From Candidatus Wukongarchaeum yapensis (GTDB taxonomy: Archaea > Asgardarchaeota > Wukongarchaeia > Wukongarchaeales > Wukongarchaeaceae): 14,821 nucleotides of DNA. The position numbers and the translations under genes are program-made. Below the pieces are notes generated by a model, which had not been told where the DNA came from, did no database searches, and saw only the letters and a list, made by a program, of their open reading frames with translations. Positions 5,941 through 14,321 of the stretch are shown here, piece by piece; position 1 is the stretch's first letter, and the number at the start of each line of letters is the position of its first letter. Location of the stretch: positions 1 through 14,821 of the forward strand of contig JAEOSI010000031.1 of NCBI GenBank assembly GCA_016840425.1. The letters are read 5' to 3'.

Positions 5941-7170
5941 TCAAGCCGTTATTGTTTTTTGAGCTGTTATTAGCTGTTTTAACTTAATTTTTGTTATTTC
6001 TAAACCAACTTTTTTCGCTATTTCTTCTGCTTTTTCCACGTTTTTTCCCACGCCTGTTTCCAAGAGTGCCTCTTTAAACAATAAAAACCAACCTCCTGTA
6101 CCACAGTTCGGGTTACACCACATTCTCTCAGGCGTGAGTATCTCTTTATATTTCTTCGCCAGAGCATTGATCTCTTCTTGTTTGTCTATTATTGCTGGAT
6201 TTTTAAGCGCTTTCTCTAGGATAATTTCTGCTAGATCTTTACCTGTTCTTTCTTCCTCTTCTTTTGCCGAGATTATCAAGGGGTCTATGGTATTCCTATT
6301 AACTTTTGTATTTACCATTCCTACCCCCATCGTGATTTTTTCAGCATTTTCTGATTCTTTTAAAGCGTTTTTAACAATCTCTAGCCTACGCGCTCTTTCT
6401 TCAGGGTCTATTTCGTAATTTTCTAAAAAGAGCAATCTAAGGGAGGGAAGGTCAAAAAGAAACTCTAAAAGGTCTGGAGAGAGATCCGCGCATGTATGTA
6501 TCGAAGGTATTATACCTTTCAACTTGATTTTGTCCAAAATCTTCTCAAGAACTATAAGGTATTGTTCTATTAATGGCGATCTCCCTATCCTTCCCAACTC
6601 GTATTGGCCTATTATCGGCATTTGAAAAGCCCCTAAAAGGGGTTCGTCAATCGTGATAATGGGCGGTTTCATTCTAATATATGCGTCCAAGATCTCTTCA
6701 TATATTATTTCTGAAAAGACCAAAAAAGAGCTTTCATCAAAAGCAAGTGTTAGCTCGCCTTTTTCCACGTTATGGGTGCTGTAGGTTAGGGTTATAGGGC
6801 CTGTAAGCGGTACTCTTATTTTGTCGACAAGATCTGGGCGTTTTATTGTTCTTCCCCTTGCTATGAGAGTGCGGGCAGACTTAAGAAAAGTGGTATCAAT
6901 CGATTTTGGCTTTGAAAAGCTTGAAACATCATAATAATATGCTTCTCCTTTTTTCTCTATTCCACATTCTTGCTTTACTAAGGGGTCAAGATACATAGCT
7001 ATCATGTCCCAGTCTGCAAACTGGGGAAAAGTTATGAAATCTAAGCCCGCTTCTACCTTTATTTTGAGGGCTAATTCAAAATTTTCCATATTGTATTTTA
7101 GAGGTAAAGATCCTATATCGTTACTTTTTAGAGGTAGTTCTCCGTTTTCTAATTTTTCAAGCCAAGACAT
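5941..7170 (-). CDS. Cobalamin-independent methionine synthase catalytic-domain-like protein (core MetE/MesA-like Zn thiol methyltransferase)
   Basis: Motifs IGSLP, VEAGLDFIT, LTGPITL, ITIDEP, Zn ligands HTC / LE / NPNCG, and GVGMVN. Single barrel with no N-terminal folate-binding half. GGAGGT SD. Confidence 0.8.
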   Translation of the reverse strand: MSWLEKLENGELPLKSNDIGSLPLKYNMENFELALKIKVEAGLDFITFPQFADWDMIAMYLDPLVKQECGIEKKGEAYYYDVSSFSKPKSIDTTFLKSARTLIARGRTIKRPDLVDKIRVPLTGPITLTYSTHNVEKGELTLAFDESSFLVFSEIIYEEILDAYIRMKPPIITIDEPLLGAFQMPIIGQYELGRIGRSPLIEQYLIVLEKILDKIKLKGIIPSIHTCADLSPDLLEFLFDLPSLRLLFLENYEIDPEERARRLEIVKNALKESENAEKITMGVGMVNTKVNRNTIDPLIISAKEEEERTGKDLAEIILEKALKNPAIIDKQEEINALAKKYKEILTPERMWCNPNCGTGGWFLLFKEALLETGVGKNVEKAEEIAKKVGLEITKIKLKQLITAQKTITA

Positions 7171-7496
7171 GCTTTTTTAAACCTCCATTATCTCGCAAGA
7201 AAATATAATACAATTATTATTAACAGTAATTTTTTCATATATTCATAATTCATACAAGTAATTATTTTGATCACATTATTAATCTTTTGCTTTTAAAACG
7301 TAAAACCTCCTACACATTCTCCTTTTTAATGTTTTTTCAGTAAAATTTCAAAAATAGGAAAAGGATTTTAACTTGCGAGGGGAATAAAAAAATAGGTTTA
7401 GAGGAATGTTCAAGCTCCAATAAATTTACCAATCCGCTTTTTTTAAAAAGAGAAAGAAGTTTAATCTTTTTTTATTTTTTAGGTGAGGACGATTTA

Positions 7497-9836
7497 ATGC
7501 CACGTAAAAGCAGTAAAGCTGATAATATGGAGACAGAAAAAAAGAAAAAGTCTTCTCCGAAAAAAGGAAAAGCCTCTAAGTCAGTGGGAGAGAAGAAAGT
7601 CAAATCTCAACCTTCTACAAGTAAAGATTTGGGAAAAGTTGTTGAAAAGAAAAAAAGAAGCACAAGTTCTTCAAAATCCAAGTCTAAGTCACGAATAAAA
7701 GAAAAAGAAAGTGATAAAGATATTGAGGTTTCAACTGGTATGGGAAGAGGAGTTTCGGCGCAAAAGATTACTCCCTCTTCTCCAAGTAACCTTAACCCTG
7801 CTTCCACCGTAAAAAGTACTGAACGAGCTGTGATGAAAAAAAGGAGGGTTAAAAAACCAAGAAAAGTTGCGAGAGGAGTTATCAAACTTGGCACTATTGC
7901 TAAATTCATGAGGAGAAGAACCCAGCTTGTAGGGTTTGAAAAGGGTATTGCTAAAAATTTGCAGTATACGTGCGAGTTTATCGATAACGGTTTGGATGCA
8001 ATAGAAACCCTTCAATGGAAGAATAAGGCTTATGATTTTGAAGAAAAGCCGAAATTCCCCCCAAATGAGATGTTAAAACGATTTTTTTCATCGATAAGGA
8101 AAAAATCGCCAAAACCTGTGGATGAAGCTGGAGAAGAGCTTGATGAAAACATAATGGAGCGAATGATAGGTTTCTTAACACCTTTTAGGGAAATCATAGC
8201 AAGCAAAGAACCCTTAATCATTTTAAGCTTAAGAGAGATTAGAACAGTTTCAAGCCAACTTGAAAAAGAGAAAAAAGAGAACTTAAAACAACAAACAACA
8301 ACAAAACAAGCAGAAGCAGATTATGACAGGCTTTATGAACTTATGGTCTTCGACAACGGAACAGGAATGATCAAATCAGACGTCGAAAAATACGGTCTAT
8401 ATCTTGCTTCAAGCAAAAGCGAACAGTTAAAACAGACCAGAGGTAGCCAAGGTTTCGGTTCGCCTAGTGCTTTTAGTGATGCTCAAAACACTAGCGGAAA
8501 ACCTATAAGCTTAGTAAGCAAAAAACTTGGTGAAAAAACCGCTACAATGGTCTCCTTCTTCACCACAGGACAAAACACTAAAGAATATGTTTTAAGCCCT
8601 GAAATCTTAGAGTTCGACTTTTTTAATCATGGAACCTTACTTATCCTCTACTACCTAAACGTCAAATATAAGCGAGGATATGCAGACATCTACGTTGAAC
8701 AAACAGCCCTCTTAAACCCCCACATAAACTTAGTTTTTATAGATCCTTACGGTGACGTTTACGTCTACCCACGCTTGGTAAAAACCTTCCCATCAGAACC
8801 TGCCTACGCTAAACCTCACCCGGCAAGCATAAGCATTGGAGAATTTAGGGAACTTCTCCGCACATCAAAAAAACGCAGATTAAAACTGTTTTTAACTAAA
8901 AGCTTCGTGAGAATTACAAATGAAAAAGCACGACAAATCATACAAAAAACAAACGAAATATCAGTGAATCAAGGATTATCTCCAATTGATTTTGAAACCC
9001 TGCCTTCAAAACTCTCTACAGAACAAGCAGAAATCCTCTATAACGTTTTTCACGGCATGAAATACCTTTCACCCCCTACAAACACCGTTTCCCCCGTTGG
9101 AGAAAAACAGCTAGAAAGTGTGGCTATGAAAGTTTTTAAACCAGAGTTTGCTGTGAGTATAACAAGGAAACCTACAAGCGGTAAAGGTCTTGCTTTTGTG
9201 GTCGAAGCTTGTATTGCCTACGGAGGGGAAATTTCCGATTCTACAAGCGCTTCGGTAGTGCTTTGGAGGTTCGTAAACCGGGTTTCAAAACTTCGAGATA
9301 ATAGTGACTGCGCTATATGGAAAGCCTGCACAGAGATAAATTGGAAGCAATATCAGCTGGATCAGTTTGAAAACGGAATGCCCAAAGGGAAGGTAAGGAT
9401 CATAATTCACGTTTGCGGTCCCTTCGTTCACTTAATGTTTAAAGGTCAAAGCAAACAGGCATTAGCCGAAGACGATCACCTAATAAAAGAAATAAAGCTT
9501 GCTTTGCAAGAAATAGGCAGAAAAGCTCGCCTACTCATATCACGACGTGAAAGAGAGAGAAGGTTTAGAGAAAGAGCTGGAAAACTTGCAGAACGCGTAA
9601 GACAGTTCTCTGAGGACTTAGTAGCCATACTAAAAACAGATCCATCACCAAAATACAAAAAAGTGACTGTGAAAACCGTTGAATCGAAAATGCTTAAAGC
9701 CATAAAAGACTTAACTAAACCTCCTGAAGAGCTCCAAACCCAAACCCAAAAAGAAGAACAAGGAAAAGAAGAAGAAAAACCACCTGAAAAATTAGAAAAA
9801 ACCACCCCAAAAATCGGGGAAGGTGCAGCTACTTAA
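7497..9836 (+). CDS. top6B: DNA topoisomerase VI subunit B with long basic N-terminal tail and ATPase-domain insertion
   Basis: GHKL motifs EFIDNGLDA, DNGTGM, TRGSQGFG and HGT. H2TH region, transducer motifs RFVNR and FKGQSKQAL (conserved Lys). Located directly upstream of top6A. Confidence 0.93.
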   Translation: MPRKSSKADNMETEKKKKSSPKKGKASKSVGEKKVKSQPSTSKDLGKVVEKKKRSTSSSKSKSKSRIKEKESDKDIEVSTGMGRGVSAQKITPSSPSNLNPASTVKSTERAVMKKRRVKKPRKVARGVIKLGTIAKFMRRRTQLVGFEKGIAKNLQYTCEFIDNGLDAIETLQWKNKAYDFEEKPKFPPNEMLKRFFSSIRKKSPKPVDEAGEELDENIMERMIGFLTPFREIIASKEPLIILSLREIRTVSSQLEKEKKENLKQQTTTKQAEADYDRLYELMVFDNGTGMIKSDVEKYGLYLASSKSEQLKQTRGSQGFGSPSAFSDAQNTSGKPISLVSKKLGEKTATMVSFFTTGQNTKEYVLSPEILEFDFFNHGTLLILYYLNVKYKRGYADIYVEQTALLNPHINLVFIDPYGDVYVYPRLVKTFPSEPAYAKPHPASISIGEFRELLRTSKKRRLKLFLTKSFVRITNEKARQIIQKTNEISVNQGLSPIDFETLPSKLSTEQAEILYNVFHGMKYLSPPTNTVSPVGEKQLESVAMKVFKPEFAVSITRKPTSGKGLAFVVEACIAYGGEISDSTSASVVLWRFVNRVSKLRDNSDCAIWKACTEINWKQYQLDQFENGMPKGKVRIIIHVCGPFVHLMFKGQSKQALAEDDHLIKEIKLALQEIGRKARLLISRRERERRFRERAGKLAERVRQFSEDLVAILKTDPSPKYKKVTVKTVESKMLKAIKDLTKPPEELQTQTQKEEQGKEEEKPPEKLEKTTPKIGEGAAT

Positions 9837-9931
9837 CCTCCTATCAAAACCGTTTAAAAATAGGTTGACAGAAGATTCTTTTAGTAAATAATGCCTTTAA
9901 ACTTTTCATTTTAGTAATCCATCCTGATTGG

Positions 9932-9939
9932 TTTATAAA
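9932..9939 (+). promoter_or_regulatory. Candidate TATA box (TTTATAAA) for top6A
   Basis: Consensus archaeal TATA box 21-28 nt upstream of ATG 9960, within a 123-bp top6B-top6A spacer. Confidence 0.5.
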
Positions 9940-9959
9940 ATGGTTGGATAGTGATATAG

Positions 9960-11267
9960 ATGTCTCTGAAAAAAACGGCGACAAAATCTAAGAAAAAATC
10001 AAGTAAAACAGAGGGAAAAAAACAGAAAAAACTAAAGAACTTTGCGGGAAAAAAAGCCAAGCCAGAAAAAAAAGCCAAGCCAAAATCCTCAAAAATAAGG
10101 TCTTACAAGGGAGTGCTTTCAGAAGTTAAAAAACTAAGAAAAGAGTTGAAGTCAAAGAAAGAAAAAACTTTTAAGAAAAAGGAGGGCACACTACTCGTTA
10201 CTGAATTTTCACCGGAAGAGGCCCATAAACGTATACATGAATGGGCGAGGGATATATGGCTCCAAATAGAGGAAAGTGGACGTCCTGTCCTTGAAATTCC
10301 TGCAAGAACTTCCGACAACATAATTTTCGACGAAGAAGCAAATCTCTTACTTCTTGGTGAAAAAACCCTCAAAAGATCTTTTCACACGCTAACAAGCGTA
10401 GCAGACGCAACCCGCACCATGAAAGTCCTAAAAATAATCCACGACCTCCTCGAACAAAAAACCCATACCACAAAAAGAGGTGTATACTACCAAAATCCAA
10501 AACTTTTCAACTTCGACCAAAAATACAGCGACAAACTTATAGAAGATATAGCAGCTGCTTTAAGAACGACAAGAAACAGTACCAACGTAATAGCAGCCGC
10601 AGCTGGAGCATGTATAGGTCGCCTTGTAATAAAAGATTCGGGAGACAGAATAGACCTAACAAAACTCGGAAAAGGCGGTTGGGCTATAAGCCCCCTCCTT
10701 GACGAGGTTGAAATCTTTGAAAGCGATGCAGAACTCATCTTTGTAGTTGAAAAAGACGCGGCAAGGCTAAGGTTGGCAGAAGCCAAATACTGGAACCAAG
10801 TACCATGCATAATAATCTCTGGAAGGGGAGCTCCAAGCATAGCCAACAGAGCCTTTCTAAGGCGACTGGTAAAAGAGCTTAAAATACCCGCGTTTGCCCT
10901 AGTAGACAGCGATCCATACGGACATTACATATTCAGCGTCTACCTCAGAGGATCCAAACGCCTAAGTTATGAAAGCCCCTTCCTTGCCACCCCAGATCTC
11001 AAACTATTAGGCGTCTTAAACCGCGATCTAGACTATTACGAAATACCAGAAGAAGCAAGAATACCCATGTCAAAACAAGACACCGAAAGAACCAAACAAC
11101 TCCTAGAAGAAGATTTTGTGAAGAAAAACCCTGCATGGGTAGAAGACTTAGAAGGCATGCTAAAAAGTGGACAAAAAGCAGAAATACAAGCCTTTGAAGG
11201 CTTCGGCTTCGATTACCTGACCTCTAAATACATACCTCAAAAACTGGAAACAGGAGACTGGATATAA
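9960..11267 (+). CDS. top6A: DNA topoisomerase VI subunit A (Spo11 family) with Lys-rich N-terminal tail
   Basis: 5Y-CAP motif TTKRGVYY, TOPRIM motifs VVEKDA and DSDPYG, GRGAP, and C-terminal KAEIQAF...YL..KL. Confidence 0.96.
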   Translation: MSLKKTATKSKKKSSKTEGKKQKKLKNFAGKKAKPEKKAKPKSSKIRSYKGVLSEVKKLRKELKSKKEKTFKKKEGTLLVTEFSPEEAHKRIHEWARDIWLQIEESGRPVLEIPARTSDNIIFDEEANLLLLGEKTLKRSFHTLTSVADATRTMKVLKIIHDLLEQKTHTTKRGVYYQNPKLFNFDQKYSDKLIEDIAAALRTTRNSTNVIAAAAGACIGRLVIKDSGDRIDLTKLGKGGWAISPLLDEVEIFESDAELIFVVEKDAARLRLAEAKYWNQVPCIIISGRGAPSIANRAFLRRLVKELKIPAFALVDSDPYGHYIFSVYLRGSKRLSYESPFLATPDLKLLGVLNRDLDYYEIPEEARIPMSKQDTERTKQLLEEDFVKKNPAWVEDLEGMLKSGQKAEIQAFEGFGFDYLTSKYIPQKLETGDWI

Positions 11268-11354
11268 CCTTTTTTAGAAAACAAAAATTAAAAAAGTAAG
11301 AAAAATTAATTGCTTCTGTTTTTAAATCAAAAATTTTGGAGTAGACACGGTAAT

Positions 11355-12062
11355 ATGAAAACAATGGATATTTTTAAAAAAGAGTTTAATGAGGCACTCC
11401 TAGTTTCTGATTTACACTATAGCTCAAAACATGCAATGCTAAACGAACTTATAGAATGGCTTTCTACACGATCTGAAAAAACAGTATTCATGTTAGGAGA
11501 CATGGTCGGCAAAGAAAAAGATCTTGCCTACTTCATCAAAAGAATTGAACAGGAAACAAACCAAAAAAATTTCATCATGATCCGAGGTAACCATGATAAG
11601 TGGTGGAAATATCCACACCCCCAAATAGAAGATTCAAGCTGCATCGAACTTAGCCCCTACCTTAATGGTTATTATAAAATAGGAGGTAAATTAGTGATGC
11701 TAGGACATGGTCATGCTGCAGATAGAAATTGCCCCATTCCCCTGGATAAATACTGTCCCAGATTAAAAAACTACCTCGAAGCCACAAAAAAATGGAAAAT
11801 CAACATGATTAAGTCAGCTCCATGGCTTAAGGATAAATGGTGTATTTTTGGTCATAACCACAGAATTTACTTAAACAAGAAGTTACGCGTTGCCTCAACA
11901 GGCTCATGGAGATACAAATATTACCTAGATCGGGTTTTAAGAAGGAAACCGGACTTTGGATACGCTCTCCTCATAAAAAGAAAAAACAATAAAAACCCCC
12001 AAGATGATGAATTCTCAGTATCTATTCTTGACGCACGAAAATCCATAAAACTCGCCCAATAA
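11355..12062 (+). CDS. Calcineurin-like metallophosphoesterase
   Basis: All five motifs are present: VSDLH, LGDMV, RGNHD, HGH and GHNH, followed by STGSW. ATG 11355 is preferred over TTG 11310. Confidence 0.88.
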   Translation: MKTMDIFKKEFNEALLVSDLHYSSKHAMLNELIEWLSTRSEKTVFMLGDMVGKEKDLAYFIKRIEQETNQKNFIMIRGNHDKWWKYPHPQIEDSSCIELSPYLNGYYKIGGKLVMLGHGHAADRNCPIPLDKYCPRLKNYLEATKKWKINMIKSAPWLKDKWCIFGHNHRIYLNKKLRVASTGSWRYKYYLDRVLRRKPDFGYALLIKRKNNKNPQDDEFSVSILDARKSIKLAQ

Positions 12063-12174
12063 ACAACTTGACTCCCAAAAAATTGAAAAGATAAATTTAA
12101 CTCGTATAAATATAAAAAGAAAGTTGAAGGGTTTGTTTTTAAAACCTCCTTTCTTTTTCAAGGAGATCTTTTTT

Positions 12175-12954
12175 ATGGACTCTGAAAATTGTTGGAATTG
12201 CGGTAAACCTTTGGTAAAAGGAGCAAATTTTTGCAAGTTTTGCGGTTCACCTGCACGCAAGACTCCTACGGGTAGACCTGCTTTTTCCGAACCATTACTC
12301 TCAGAAGAACCGAAATATATACCTGCTATCTCTGAAAGTGTTGAACCATCTCCTGTGGAGGAAGAGATACCTGAAGAGATTGAAATGATTTTAGTAAACA
12401 GGGCTTTATTAAAAACTTTTGAGGAGAAAAAAAGAGAGATTCTTGACAAGATAGATGATGTTAGTGAAAGGGTTAAAGTCGGATTAATGCCCGCAAAAGA
12501 GGCCAAAAAGAAGATTGAAGATTTAAAAGAACAAGTAGTTAAGCTTAACTTGGACAGGAAGAAAGCAGAAGAAGGTGAAACAACGCTGCCTGTTGAAGCA
12601 ATGATATCTGAAATTATGGATCTAAAGGATAAAATCTCTAAATTAGAAGATATTCGTAAAAAAGGAAAGGCTAGTGAAAAAACATACCAAAAGGTTAAGG
12701 AAGAATATGAAAAAAATCTCCAAGATCTTGAGGAAAAATATGCTAAAGAAAAAGCGCAATTAGATGTCTGGATCATAAAATTAAAAACGAAAGAACAAAC
12801 CCTTAAAGAAGAAATTGAAACCCTATACGTGAAAAAAGAAATTGGTGAAGTCCAAGAAGAAGGATATAAAACAAAACTCAATGAAATAACAGAGGAACTA
12901 GAGAAAACTCAGTCCATGCTCGAAGAACTCAAATCAATAATATCAAAAGTTTAA
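12175..12954 (+). CDS. Double zinc-ribbon plus CdvA-like coiled-coil protein
   Basis: CWNC...FCKFCG zinc ribbon, Pro/Glu linker, long heptad coiled coil, and a CdvA-like C-terminal motif EEIETLYVKKEIGEVQEEGY. AGGAG SD precedes ATG 12175. Confidence 0.72.
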   Translation: MDSENCWNCGKPLVKGANFCKFCGSPARKTPTGRPAFSEPLLSEEPKYIPAISESVEPSPVEEEIPEEIEMILVNRALLKTFEEKKREILDKIDDVSERVKVGLMPAKEAKKKIEDLKEQVVKLNLDRKKAEEGETTLPVEAMISEIMDLKDKISKLEDIRKKGKASEKTYQKVKEEYEKNLQDLEEKYAKEKAQLDVWIIKLKTKEQTLKEEIETLYVKKEIGEVQEEGYKTKLNEITEELEKTQSMLEELKSIISKV

Positions 12955-13037
12955 AGTTGTGGCGTTTTCCCCACGGACCGGAATAAGACACTAAAAAAGC
13001 AAAAAGTTTAATTTTATAGCATTATAATTCCCGCTTT

Positions 13038-14303
13038 GTGAGAATCAATATAAAAAATTTAGAAAAAAGGTTTTTTTGGCTTTGGTCTAGATTTGAGTTT
13101 CGTCTTGCTTTTTTTTGTTTTTTAGCACATATTCCTTTCATCGTTTTTGACTCTCTATTTTTAAGTAATTTCTCCAAAGGTTTCCGAGCAACAGATTATG
13201 ATGCTTGGACTGATAGGACAGAGACTATCCTCGATGGAGGTGTGTTGTATCGAGATCTCCCTTGTAGAAGTCCCCCCCTTGCAAGTTATTTTTTGTTACC
13301 TCCTGTAGTTTTAGGCGGTGGGCGCATAACTGCCTTTGAAATCTATTTTTCCCTAATTAACGTTATAGCTTCGGTCATGATCTATAAAACACTCTTAAAT
13401 CATGGAGAGACTTTTGCTAGAAACTGTTCAATATTTTATGCTTTCAACCCGCTTGTAATTATCACCTCCACTGTTAGGGTTCAAGATGAATGTATAATCG
13501 CCCTACTTTTCATTCTTATAACTTTCTTTCTAATAAGAGGAAAATATTATTTAGCAGCAACCATTCTAGGTTTAGGTATCATGACTAAACCAGTCATCGC
13601 TCTCCTATTTCCTCTACTAGTTTTTGCTAAAGGGGATGTTAGAGAAAAGATCCTGAGGGGAGTAATAAGCATTGGAGTCTCATCAATGGTTCTTTTCCCC
13701 TTCTACTTTTTTGCAGGAGACCGAGTTTTTAAAGTGTTCCAAGGATATTCAAAAGCGGAGGGAACAGGGATTTTAGCCTTACTTACAAACACTCATGATT
13801 ACTCCCTACCCACTACTCCTTTTACCATCATCTTCATACTAACATATCTTGCCACAGCTTATTTTGTTATAAATAAAAAATTTAACCACTGGATAGCCAT
13901 TACTATAATCCTATGTGTTTTTTTCATTACTTTCACAAAAATACACGCCTCATACTACTTATACTTCATCCTTTATGCTTCTCCTTTCGTATTAATTAAC
14001 AAAAGGCTTCTAAACGAACTTTTACTCATACTTCCTCCAACTTTAATGTTCCTTCACAGGGCTAAATCCGACTATTACGAGGGAAACCTCCCCTTTTTAT
14101 TTGGGGGAATCTTGGCGTGGATAATAGTAACAATAATAGTCATCCACTTATTATTAATCGTTTTAAAATCTCAAAATAACCATACTATTTCTCCCTTCGA
14201 AAGAATAAAAAAGCAAAAAAATTTAAACCATATAATTGATAAAAAGACCTTTATTTTAGCTCATATAATCCTCTCGATCTCTCTAGTGCTACTGTATCTT
14301 TGA
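13038..14303 (+). CDS. Multi-TM GT-C fold glycosyltransferase (GT87/DUF2029/PIG-M-like)
   Basis: About 10 or more hydrophobic segments. First loop TDY..W...ILDGGVLYRDLPCRSPPLA, plus FNPLVII and LGLGIMTKP motifs. Confidence 0.8.
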   Translation: MRINIKNLEKRFFWLWSRFEFRLAFFCFLAHIPFIVFDSLFLSNFSKGFRATDYDAWTDRTETILDGGVLYRDLPCRSPPLASYFLLPPVVLGGGRITAFEIYFSLINVIASVMIYKTLLNHGETFARNCSIFYAFNPLVIITSTVRVQDECIIALLFILITFFLIRGKYYLAATILGLGIMTKPVIALLFPLLVFAKGDVREKILRGVISIGVSSMVLFPFYFFAGDRVFKVFQGYSKAEGTGILALLTNTHDYSLPTTPFTIIFILTYLATAYFVINKKFNHWIAITIILCVFFITFTKIHASYYLYFILYASPFVLINKRLLNELLLILPPTLMFLHRAKSDYYEGNLPFLFGGILAWIIVTIIVIHLLLIVLKSQNNHTISPFERIKKQKNLNHIIDKKTFILAHIILSISLVLLYL

Positions 14304-14321
14304 TTAAGGCGTGTTTTATCG

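Noticed and set aside
8001-8351. Intein in Top6B
   Set aside because: No N-terminal Cys/Ser block A, no penultimate His-Asn, and no LAGLIDADG motifs.
6134-10846. Antisense ORFs at 6134, 7607, 7731, 7978, 8030, 9476, 10103 and 10487
   Set aside because: All lie entirely opposite well-supported genes and show the S/F/L bias expected from reverse-complemented Lys/Glu codons.
8500-11260. Patches of C-rich versus G-rich third codon positions within the topo VI genes
   Set aside because: Impression by eye only, with no sharp boundaries or mobile-element signatures. It needs windowed GC3/skew computation before it can be claimed.
12015-12881. 288-aa antisense ORF
   Set aside because: It is opposite the Zn-ribbon coiled-coil gene. 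Long stop-free antisense frames arise readily from E/K-rich coding, and there is no recognisable domain.
12961-12990. GTTTTCCCCACGGACCGGAATAAGAC, CRISPR-repeat-like and sharing CGGAATAAG and a TTCC/GGAA stem with 1862-1883
   Set aside because: Single copy with no array. A shared 9-mer is expected by chance in 15 kb. A genome-wide BLASTN showing a dispersed family would reopen it.
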